A stretch of 32,000 nt of DNA, from contig OZ257143.1 of NCBI GenBank assembly GCA_965279305.1, positions 120,001 through 152,000 of the forward strand. The letters are read 5' to 3'. Of the stretch, positions 8,619 through 16,595 are shown in pieces. The notes under the pieces were generated by a model. The model was given only the letters and a program-made list of their open reading frames with translations. It did not search any database and was not told the DNA's origin. Position 1 is the stretch's first letter. Every line of letters starts with the position of its first letter. A program made the translations under genes and the position numbers. The stretch is from Gammaproteobacteria bacterium. GTDB taxonomy: Bacteria; Pseudomonadota; Gammaproteobacteria; JBIOEC01.

Positions 8619-8662
8619 AGAAGGAGATATTGTGAAACACTTCACGATTATCTCCTTTTTTC
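8619..8662 (+). terminator. rho-independent terminator of rplS, overlapping the 3' end of the convergent kinase gene
   Basis: AAGGAGATA (8621..8629) pairs with TATCTCCTT (8649..8657). An inner GTGAA-acac-TTCAC hairpin is present, followed by a T-run at 8656..8661. Confidence 0.6.
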
Positions 8663-9967
8663 ATCAACCGGTATTCTTACCGTAAACGTTGTACCTTTAC
8701 CTTCTACACTTTCTACTTGAATAGTTCCATCTAACTCTTCAATAAATTTCTTAACAATACTTAATCCCAAACCGGTTCCAGGATAAATACCTTCGTGCGA
8801 GGCGGTTAACCGAACAAATTTTTCAAAAATTAATTCTAGTTTATCCGCTGGCATTCCTATTCCTGTATCTGAAACTGCCATGTTCAAATATTTTTTATCT
8901 TTTTTCTCTTGTACAAGAGAAATATTAATAGTCACACCACCTTGGTTGGTAAACTTCAATGCATTACCTACCAAGTTTAATAAAATTCTTTCAATACGCA
9001 TAGGATCTGAGATAATAACAGATGGCACATCAGATGCTGTATGAACATGCAAATAAATATGTTTTTCATCCATCAGTGATGAATAAGACTCTTCAATGTG
9101 TTTTAATACACTCCTCACATCCACTTCTTCTTTTTTAATAGACAAACTGCCTGCTTCAATACTCACCGCATCTAAAATATTCGTAAACATTTGCAAAATA
9201 CGTTCGCCTCCGCGGTAAATCATCATCAAATGTTCTTTACGTGTTTTATCATCTTCCGTTTCAGATAATAACTCTGCCATTCCCATTACGTTCATTAAAG
9301 GATTTTTTAAATCATGGCTCATGTTTTGAATAAATTCTGATTTAGCCCAGCTCGCTTCTTCAGCTTTTTTCTTTTCAATCGCTAATAATTTAATCGTTTT
9401 CTTTTGCTCAGTAATATCAAATGCCGTTCCCAGCAAACCCACAATATCCCCTTTAGAATTTCTCAATGGAACTTTCGCCGATAAATAAGTACGCGCACCA
9501 TTTGCCGTATCAGGGGTTTCTTCAATAATAATTTCTTTTCCACTTCTCATCACTTGATTATTTACTTTATCAATAATTTTGGATTGTGCTTTCCAGGGTA
9601 ACTCAGCATTGGTTTTACCAATAATATCTTCACGTGCTGCTAAACCTGCCGCTTCTGCTTGCTCGTTATTACAACCTAAATACACATTATTGCGATCTAA
9701 CCAAAAAATATGGCCAGGGGCTAAAGAAATAATACTATCCATATAATTATGAGATTCAATCAAATAATCAACTATAGTAAATTTCTTTAAAGGATTTTGA
9801 CCGGTTATTTTTTTAAAAACAGAAGCTAGTTGTTTTAACTGTTTTTTATGATCATTTTCTTTTTTTTCTAGCTTTTCTTTTAAAAGGCGATATTTTTCTT
9901 GTAGTTTTTCTATCGTTTTTTTATGAGGCGAAGGGCTTTTTCTGGTTTTACTGATTTTTTTAGGCAT
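8648..9967 (-). CDS. cytoplasmic PAS-domain sensor histidine kinase
   Basis: It has a Lys-rich coiled-coil N-terminus, one PAS domain (PGHIFWLDRNNVYLGCN), an H-box EFIQNMSHDLKNPL, and N/G boxes (LVGNALKFT, DTGIGM, GTGLGLSIV). It has no TM segment. The ATG at 9967 is preceded by GGAGGA; the track start at 9979 is an alternative. Confidence 0.88.
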   Translation of the reverse strand: MPKKISKTRKSPSPHKKTIEKLQEKYRLLKEKLEKKENDHKKQLKQLASVFKKITGQNPLKKFTIVDYLIESHNYMDSIISLAPGHIFWLDRNNVYLGCNNEQAEAAGLAAREDIIGKTNAELPWKAQSKIIDKVNNQVMRSGKEIIIEETPDTANGARTYLSAKVPLRNSKGDIVGLLGTAFDITEQKKTIKLLAIEKKKAEEASWAKSEFIQNMSHDLKNPLMNVMGMAELLSETEDDKTRKEHLMMIYRGGERILQMFTNILDAVSIEAGSLSIKKEEVDVRSVLKHIEESYSSLMDEKHIYLHVHTASDVPSVIISDPMRIERILLNLVGNALKFTNQGGVTINISLVQEKKDKKYLNMAVSDTGIGMPADKLELIFEKFVRLTASHEGIYPGTGLGLSIVKKFIEELDGTIQVESVEGKGTTFTVRIPVDEKRR

Positions 9968-9996
9968 TGTTTCCTCCATGAAACGTCTGCGCTTAA

Positions 9997-10695
9997 TTAA
10001 GTGATCTTGACGACTAAAAAGCCTTGATCCGAAGAAATCATATCGCCATTTAAATATAACTCATTTAAATAAGGCGGAATTGAATGATACACAAAAAGAG
10101 AAGACTTTACCCCTAAAATATGAGGTACATCCTGAAACAAAGGAAACTCTCTTAAAAAATACTGTACCGCTAAATCGTAAGCTTTACCAGTAAAAGACGT
10201 ATCTCCTTCTTTATTATTAAGCACCCAAGAACAAGTAGAAAGGCAATTATTTCGAAATATAGGATCAGTGTCAAATCTTACCAAACATTCTTCATACAAA
10301 CGCTTGTAATGTGGATTCTCATATAACCCAGAAAGAGAAATAAACATTTTTGCTGCATCAAGATCACTAATCCCCACCTCGTTAAACGCTCTAAATACTT
10401 TATTTCTGAGATAACTATCTTGTCTGCGTGTTTTTTGCAGTGCCTTCTCTTCCGTATATCCCTTGGCCATTAACGTAAAAACCGAAATATTATCCGGAAC
10501 AAATATATGCATATGCTCAAAATTATCTAAAGCCCAACGGATTAATATCACCAAGTTTTCTATAGAAAAATAACTATTAAAAGGGCTAGCACCAATAAAA
10601 ACATGATGTTTGCCCGCATAGATCGAGGCTGATTTTTCACCAATGGGTAAAATTTCTAAACCATGGGGGTTTAAGCTCTGAATTAAAGTGTTCAA
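9997..10695 (-). CDS. tRNA-dependent cyclodipeptide synthase (CDPS), NYH subfamily
   Basis: It aligns with recalled AlbC. HHVFIGASPFNSYFS matches HALIGISAGNSYFS, giving Ser37 and Asn40. YFLREFPLF matches YVLAEAPLF, giving Tyr179 and Glu183. SSLFVYHSIPP matches SSVLCYHIDTP, giving Tyr203-His204. The start is TTG, with no ATG or GTG in the first 25 codons. Confidence 0.85.
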   Translation of the reverse strand: MNTLIQSLNPHGLEILPIGEKSASIYAGKHHVFIGASPFNSYFSIENLVILIRWALDNFEHMHIFVPDNISVFTLMAKGYTEEKALQKTRRQDSYLRNKVFRAFNEVGISDLDAAKMFISLSGLYENPHYKRLYEECLVRFDTDPIFRNNCLSTCSWVLNNKEGDTSFTGKAYDLAVQYFLREFPLFQDVPHILGVKSSLFVYHSIPPYLNELYLNGDMISSDQGFLVVKIT

Positions 10696-10789
10696 AAAAT
10701 ATCCAATATGTATAAAAGTATGTATATTAGTGAAGTATCAGAGTAAGGTCAATAAAGGTAGCTTGCTGAGATATTTAAAATTTCAAGCC

Positions 10790-10798
10790 TATTTACCA
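10790..10798 (-). promoter_or_regulatory. possible extended -10 (TGgTAAATA) for the CDPS-kinase operon
   Basis: The minus strand reads ATTTATGGTAAATA. It shares ATTTATGGTAAA with the dsbC upstream region and lies about 90 nt upstream of the CDPS start. Confidence 0.25.
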
Positions 10799-10993
10799 TA
10801 AATAACAACTCACAAATATATGTAGACAATTGATTTTAAATATAATTTTTCTATCCACTGGCCAAATTGAAAGAAACTTACCCTCTTATATCAGCAAGAT
10901 ATCTTACATTTATTTCAGCTATAGACTACAGCAACCTAACTACCATTTAAATATAATATCTGATAACATATTTTTTTGAGAAAGAGGATTGCC

Positions 10994-11395
10994 ATGGCTA
11001 ATGCCCCCATTTCAGCAAAAGTTCTTTTAGTAGAAGACGACCCGGTTAACCAGATTGTTATTAAGGGTTTACTTAACCTTATAGGATGCGACGTCACTGT
11101 TGCTAGCGGCGGTAAAGAAGCGCTCGCACTACTCACCGCACCCAATGCACCTTTTGAAGCTGTTCTTATGGATATTGGATTACCTGATATTAATGGAATG
11201 GAAGTAACACGACAAATGCGTGCGTCTGATAGCAAATTGCGCAATGTCCCTATTATTGCGTTAACAGGACATGTAACGAGTAAAGATCAACAAGCCTGTT
11301 TAGATAGTGGTATGAATCGTTTTGTTAGCAAACCCACCACTAAAGAAATATTACAAAAAGAACTTAACGCTTTATTTTCTGATGACACGATGTAA
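10994..11395 (+). CDS. single-domain (receiver-only, CheY-like) response regulator
   Basis: VLLVEDDPVN, VLMDIGLPDING (the phospho-acceptor Asp), IIALTGH and FVSKP are present, with no output domain. ATG 10994 is preceded by AAGAGGA; the track TTG at 10976 is less likely. Confidence 0.88.
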   Translation: MANAPISAKVLLVEDDPVNQIVIKGLLNLIGCDVTVASGGKEALALLTAPNAPFEAVLMDIGLPDINGMEVTRQMRASDSKLRNVPIIALTGHVTSKDQQACLDSGMNRFVSKPTTKEILQKELNALFSDDTM

Positions 11396-11717
11396 ATATT
11401 GATTCATCTCTATTTTATTATAAAAACTAAAAAAATTCTCAAATGTGAATTTTTAAAATAAATTTAGTGATTAAATAACTACTTGTTATCTATGCATTAG
11501 GCAAAATATTGCTATCTGACTTAAAAAATGATAATGTTGATGTGGGATATTGTATTTTTTGTTTGTGCGTTTTTTGCTATTATCGTTGGTAGCATGTAAA
11601 AAATAACTCACGTATAATGCCAATTACTTATCTACCAAAAGATAGGATGAGGCATGTATAAAGAAGTTATCACAACAGTTTAGGTAATAACTCAAGCGAA
11701 TGACTAAAGAATTTTAA

Positions 11718-14012
11718 ATGATGATAAATGAAGCTTTCAAAAACATAAAAGAGAGAGAAAAGCAGGCTGCTGCTGCAGAACAACTTCGAGCATCCGCTGC
11801 AGCTACTTCTGCTCATACTGCGCCTTTTGAGGATACCTCTGGAGAGCAATCTCCTCCCTCTCTTACTGCTGCTTTTTCTGACTCGAGTAGTGACAGAAGT
11901 AGTAGAGACCCTTCTCCTCCTATCAGGGCCATTATTCCAGTGGAAGTATTAGATGAAACGGGTCAAAAAAACATTCCTGATGATGATCTATTTCGTAAAA
12001 CGCCTGTTATTGTTGCGAGCATGGCTGGCAGAGGGATAGATGCAACCTCTACGCGTTCTCCACAAAAAACCTATTTTAACTCACCATTGTTTCAAGCTTA
12101 TATCACTTATTTTAAAGAACGAAACTTATCTCCCAAAGTGGGGATCGCTGACCATTTACAAATCTGGAATATACTACGAGCTTATTTTCCTGGTTTTCAC
12201 CTTAATCATGCGTTGTCCTTAGCGAGAGATTTATCTGTTCAAATATCTAAAGCAAAAATAAATGTTTTAAACAATGAAATGACCAGACGAAGAATTATAC
12301 TTTCGTCAGAAACAGATTTACCTACAGGTTTTGATGAACTAAGACAAGACATGCATGAGTTAGATATCAAATTGCATGATGATCCTAGACTCGAAACTCA
12401 AAGAAATCCTTTACCAGACATGGATTGGGAAGCTTTTATTAATGCTTTTGCTCCTCACCTTTTAACCAATACCATATTTAATGCTGATAATGTGGTACTT
12501 AATTCAGCTGCAAGCACTGATCTTTTAGCAAAAGTGCTTGAGTACTTGCGCCCCTATTTTCCCAGTGAAGAAAATTTATACACTTTTTTAGCTATTTTTG
12601 ATCCCCAAGGTGCAGAACTGATTAATGACAGAAGGGGGCAGGACTGGACTAGTTTTAGTCAAGTAGTCACTCCCATTATCCAACGTTTAACAAATTGGCA
12701 ATTACTTTACACAGCTTTTGCATTACCATTAGCAACACAAATTGTTCGTCTAGATTCTTATCTCTACCGACGAAGTTTTAAAACCACTATAATTGATTCT
12801 GCATTTGGCCATCATGGCAGCTGGGAAAGGGCTTATTTATCAGATGATTTTGTTACCGCGCAAGAAGTGGTTCGCACTGGATTGAAAAATGGCAGCGCCC
12901 GTTTTGATAGATGTGTAATCAATGGATCCCTAGATTTTCAAACCAGCAAAGTTTATAAACAAAATATACACCAAGCTCCAACAGAGCATAAACGTGCTTA
13001 TGAAATAGCCATAACAGATTTCACCCGAATTTATCAAATAACCGAAACAGCCATGTCAGTTTTAATGGCAACACTCATCGATGGCCCTAAAAGATTTTAT
13101 TATCCTAAACCATGGACATCTGGCAATCAAGAATTTTCATTATACGCTTATCATGCGACTGCCCCTATGTCGCCACCCGTACAATTTGGTGTGATTAGAG
13201 AAGTAAAAGTGTCAGAAGTAAAACTAGGTAGAACAAACAAACAATCAAAAAGACTCTCTGGCGAGATTAAACCACTTTTACCTGAGCATAGAGCCTCATC
13301 CACTCCCATACCGGTTATTGCTAGGATTGTTCAACAGGATGATAGCATGCGACCTTCTTCTTTCCCGGGGATGCCTGTGTTTTCTGAGTCACCTCCAAGC
13401 ATGACTAGTGGTTTTGGTATGGCTCCTCCAGTGGTACAGGGCGCACCAGATCCCGGTGCACCTCAAAAATCTCAAGCACAACAACAAGCTAATGCCACTC
13501 ATCAGTCAGTTTATGGATTCCAGAGCGTCCCTGGAGTCGTAGAAGTTCACCATTACCATCATACAACTGTATTTGTGGCAAGGCCTCCAATGCCGGGCGA
13601 TGCAAAAGACTACTATGCTGCCTATCCTACTATGATGATGCAAGGATATACACACCAAATGATGCCGCCTGGAGTTAATCCACAGATGGGTTATCACGCC
13701 ATTCCACAGCCAGCGGGTTATCCGCCACAAATCCCTTATGCATCTATGCCACAACCGGTCTATCCGCCACAAATCCCTTATGCATCTATGCCACAACCAG
13801 CATATCCGCCACAGATGCCTTATGCATCTATGCAACCGGGATATCCGCCACAGATGCCTTATGCGCAAGCAGTATACGCCGTGCCTACCATACCCAAACC
13901 TCCTACACCGGACGCATGGTCAAATGCTAATGAAGATGAAGATGAAATGCAAACTAATGATGTTCCACCGCCGCCACCTGATCTCCCAAGAACTGCTGAT
14001 CAACCAAGCTAA
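11718..14012 (+). CDS. large orphan protein with Ser-rich N-terminus and Pro/Gln/Tyr/Met-rich repetitive C-terminus (candidate secreted effector)
   Basis: It is a 764-aa ORF after a 320-bp AT-rich gap. I recognise no family for the ~450-aa core. The C-terminal ~230 aa are low-complexity, with tandem YPPQ(I/M)PYASMPQP units and an acidic NEDEDEM block near the end. Confidence 0.75.
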   Translation: MMINEAFKNIKEREKQAAAAEQLRASAAATSAHTAPFEDTSGEQSPPSLTAAFSDSSSDRSSRDPSPPIRAIIPVEVLDETGQKNIPDDDLFRKTPVIVASMAGRGIDATSTRSPQKTYFNSPLFQAYITYFKERNLSPKVGIADHLQIWNILRAYFPGFHLNHALSLARDLSVQISKAKINVLNNEMTRRRIILSSETDLPTGFDELRQDMHELDIKLHDDPRLETQRNPLPDMDWEAFINAFAPHLLTNTIFNADNVVLNSAASTDLLAKVLEYLRPYFPSEENLYTFLAIFDPQGAELINDRRGQDWTSFSQVVTPIIQRLTNWQLLYTAFALPLATQIVRLDSYLYRRSFKTTIIDSAFGHHGSWERAYLSDDFVTAQEVVRTGLKNGSARFDRCVINGSLDFQTSKVYKQNIHQAPTEHKRAYEIAITDFTRIYQITETAMSVLMATLIDGPKRFYYPKPWTSGNQEFSLYAYHATAPMSPPVQFGVIREVKVSEVKLGRTNKQSKRLSGEIKPLLPEHRASSTPIPVIARIVQQDDSMRPSSFPGMPVFSESPPSMTSGFGMAPPVVQGAPDPGAPQKSQAQQQANATHQSVYGFQSVPGVVEVHHYHHTTVFVARPPMPGDAKDYYAAYPTMMMQGYTHQMMPPGVNPQMGYHAIPQPAGYPPQIPYASMPQPVYPPQIPYASMPQPAYPPQMPYASMQPGYPPQMPYAQAVYAVPTIPKPPTPDAWSNANEDEDEMQTNDVPPPPPDLPRTADQPS
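13719..13865 (+). repeat. in-frame tandem repeat, ~3.5 units of 42/39 bp
   Basis: The units start at 13719, 13761, 13803 and 13842. They encode YPPQIPYASMPQPV, YPPQIPYASMPQPA, YPPQMPYASMQPG and YPPQMPYA. Confidence 0.85.
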
Positions 14013-15651
14013 TTTTTGACTGAGAAGCAGGAAGTTCAAACGGTAGATAACAAGAAAAAATAGAACCAATACCCAGTTGGCTTCGAACTTGAATACTTCC
14101 ACCTAATTCTTTGATAAATTGTTTAACAATATTGAGTCCTAAACCTGTTCCTCTATATTGTCCTTCATACGATCCACTAACACGAGTAAATTTACCAAAA
14201 ATAAATTCTAATTTATCTTCAGGGATCCCAATACCCGTATCAATCACTTGAATTTCAAGATCCACACCGTGCTCTTCAGTACAAGAAATCACCATTACTT
14301 TAATAGTAATTTTACCTTGATGAGTAAATTTAATTGCATTGCCTACTAAATTAAGAATAACACGCTCTAAGCGTTTGGCATCGCCTTCTAAAATAGTAGG
14401 CAAACTATTATCTATAACAACTTCTATTCCTAAACATTGTTGTTTCAGTTGAGGTGTCACCATATCAACAACAGATCCTATAATCTGCCTTATATCAAAG
14501 GAAATTTTTTCTATCTCCATTCTTCCCGATTCTACACTAGCAAATTCTACAATTTCATTAATAAATCCAAATAAGCGGCCTGCTGATTTATTAACAGCTT
14601 CAATAAAATCTCGTTTCAGCGGATCGGTTTCTAAATGTAATAACATATCGGAGCCGCCAATTATACCATTCATAGGGGTGCGAATATCATGGCTCATATT
14701 TTGAATAAATTCTGTTTTAGCGCGATTAGCTGCTTCAGCTCGTTCCTTTTCAATTTTTAATGATTGCTCTGCACGAATTCTGGCGGTAATATCAATAGAA
14801 ATACCTAACAAACCAGAAACCTCATCGTCATTATTAAATAAAGGCACTTTATAGGTTAAATAAATCGCAGGAACACCATCAGCATTAATCCCTTGCTCTT
14901 CTTCAAAACAAATCATTCTTCTGGATTTCATTACTTGTTGATCATCTTGAAAAACACGATCGGCCATCTCTTTAGGTAATAAATCATAAATATTCTTACC
15001 AACAAATTCACTTCTAGAATTAGCTTTAAACAGTTTTAAAATTTCTTTATTACAACCTAAGTAAATACCATTTTTATCACACCAATAAACATGGCCCGGC
15101 ATTAAATCAATAATATTTTCTAAATATTTTCGAATATTGATAACATAATATAAAAGTGATTCTTTAGTATTTAATGGCTGCCCTGTGATCTCGCTATATA
15201 AACGAGCCAGTTGATTTGTATTTTCAACGAGTTGTTTTTGATATTCATTATTTTCAGGTGAAAACAATTCTGAATTAATATTTTTAATATAAATAATAAC
15301 GCCAATGATTTCATTTTTATCATTTTTAAAAGGAGCACGGTGCAAGCTGCAGAATAATAAATTTCCGTCTGCATGCTTCCAGATTTCTTGACAGTGACTA
15401 GTAGTGCCAGAAGCAATAACAGCACGATCTTCTTTTTCTACTTCTTGTTGTTGATCATCTTGAAAAAAAAACGTATTGGGTTTCCCTACAATATCGTTTT
15501 TATGAAAAAAACCAAACGAATGGAGGAATGCATTATTACATCCTAAAAAAACGCCATGCTTATCTTTCCAAACAACAGGGGTGGGGATGGCTTCTAATAA
15601 ATCAGAAACGGAAGGAAATATCATATTTTTATTATCGGTAATAATAGTCAT
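13954..15651 (-). CDS. cytoplasmic sensor histidine kinase with multiple PAS domains, paralog of 8648..9967
   Basis: PAS signatures include VVWKDKHGVFLGCN and PGHVYWCDKNGIYLGCN. The H-box is EFIQNMSHDIRTPM, with LVGNAIKFT, DTGIGI and GTGLGLNIV. It has no TM segment. The 3' end overlaps the convergent 11718..14012 ORF by 59 bp. Confidence 0.88.
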   Translation of the reverse strand: MTIITDNKNMIFPSVSDLLEAIPTPVVWKDKHGVFLGCNNAFLHSFGFFHKNDIVGKPNTFFFQDDQQQEVEKEDRAVIASGTTSHCQEIWKHADGNLLFCSLHRAPFKNDKNEIIGVIIYIKNINSELFSPENNEYQKQLVENTNQLARLYSEITGQPLNTKESLLYYVINIRKYLENIIDLMPGHVYWCDKNGIYLGCNKEILKLFKANSRSEFVGKNIYDLLPKEMADRVFQDDQQVMKSRRMICFEEEQGINADGVPAIYLTYKVPLFNNDDEVSGLLGISIDITARIRAEQSLKIEKERAEAANRAKTEFIQNMSHDIRTPMNGIIGGSDMLLHLETDPLKRDFIEAVNKSAGRLFGFINEIVEFASVESGRMEIEKISFDIRQIIGSVVDMVTPQLKQQCLGIEVVIDNSLPTILEGDAKRLERVILNLVGNAIKFTHQGKITIKVMVISCTEEHGVDLEIQVIDTGIGIPEDKLEFIFGKFTRVSGSYEGQYRGTGLGLNIVKQFIKELGGSIQVRSQLGIGSIFSCYLPFELPASQSKISLVDQQFLGDQVAAVEHH

Positions 15652-15795
15652 AAATAAAAGAAGGACATTGTCCGATAAAAGTAAGGTGGTAACCTTATCA
15701 TTTTAACCGAAAAATAGAATAAAAACACTATAATCTTATACTTAAGTTAAGAAGCTCAGATGTTTTATTTATCAATAAAAAGAAATAAAAATTTA

Positions 15796-15804
15796 TGGTA
15801 AAAT
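15796..15804 (+). promoter_or_regulatory. possible extended -10 element (TGgTAAAAT) for dsbC
   Basis: ATTTATGGTAAAATGG lies about 40 nt upstream of ATG 15843, and SD AAGGA precedes the start. Confidence 0.35.
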
Positions 15805-15842
15805 GGTTGCATTAGTTTACTCACTTCACGAAAAGGATCTTT

Positions 15843-16595
15843 ATGAAACATCTATTTTATACAGTTACCCTACTAAGCTTATACGTAGGCTCGGCTATTG
15901 CCGCACCTACCGCTGAGACGCTAGAAAAAAACTGGAGCGAAGTATTATCAGGTAGCAAAATTAATCATATTGAAGCCTCCCCGATTGATGGCTTATGGGA
16001 AGTCGATGCAGGCGCTCATGTTTTTTATTCTAACGAGAAAGGCGATAAATTAATTTTTGGAGATATCTTAAGCCTTGATCCTAAAGAAGGTTATGTAAAT
16101 CTTACTGAAGAACGCCGTATGGGTACCCGAATGGAGGCACTTAAAGCATTAAATCAAAAAGACATGATTAGCTATAATGCAAAAAAGTCTAAGCATGATA
16201 TTTATGTATTTACCGATCCCGATTGCGGATACTGCCGTAAATTTCATAATGAACGTGCTGATTTACTAAAAGCGGGGATCAGCATACATTACTTAGCAAT
16301 GCCTCGTACACCACCAGGCAGCCCTTCTTACAATAAATCTGTTGCCATTTGGTGCGCGTCTGACAGACAAAAAGCTTTAACTGATTCTAAAAAAGATGCA
16401 TTTAAAGACGAAAACAAAACCTGTACTGCTGGCGAAAAGATTGTGGCTACCGATGTTAAACTTGCTAGAGAATTTGGTGCTCAAGGCACACCCACTATTG
16501 TTTTAGATACAGGTGAAGTAGTACCTGGTTATGTTCCTGCTGAAAAAATTATTGAATACTATAACGAAAATGCAAAAAAGACCTCTACCCAATAA
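15843..16595 (+). CDS. dsbC: periplasmic thiol:disulfide interchange protein DsbC/DsbG family
   Basis: It has a signal peptide (...LYVGSAIA|AP), an N-terminal dimerisation-type domain, and the thioredoxin active site FTDPDCGYCRKFH. Confidence 0.85.
   Translation: MKHLFYTVTLLSLYVGSAIAAPTAETLEKNWSEVLSGSKINHIEASPIDGLWEVDAGAHVFYSNEKGDKLIFGDILSLDPKEGYVNLTEERRMGTRMEALKALNQKDMISYNAKKSKHDIYVFTDPDCGYCRKFHNERADLLKAGISIHYLAMPRTPPGSPSYNKSVAIWCASDRQKALTDSKKDAFKDENKTCTAGEKIVATDVKLAREFGAQGTPTIVLDTGEVVPGYVPAEKIIEYYNENAKKTSTQ

Noticed and set aside
10696-10993. Possible response-regulator operator in the divergent CDPS/regulator intergenic region, for example the 10-bp palindrome AAGATATCTT at 10897..10906
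   Set aside because: The adjacent regulator has no DNA-binding domain, and short AT-rich palindromes are expected by chance in this composition. There is no support for a specific site.
10936-11244. 102-aa ORF antisense to the response regulator
   Set aside because: It is a shadow ORF on the opposite strand of a clearly recognisable REC domain, and it has no motif of its own.
13700-13880. WW-domain-binding PPxY motifs in the Pro-rich repeats
   Set aside because: The units read YPPQ(I/M)PY, so Tyr is at +4 from the second Pro rather than in a canonical P-P-x-Y. I make no PY-motif claim.
13506-14102. ORFs 13506..13868 (-), 13738..14019 (+) and 13920..14102 (-), with repetitive CIRHLWRI / MHLCHN peptides
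   Set aside because: They are alternative-frame or antisense readings of the tandem YPPQ(I/M)PYASM repeat inside the 764-aa ORF, or of the kinase 3' end. Their repetitiveness is inherited from the DNA repeat.
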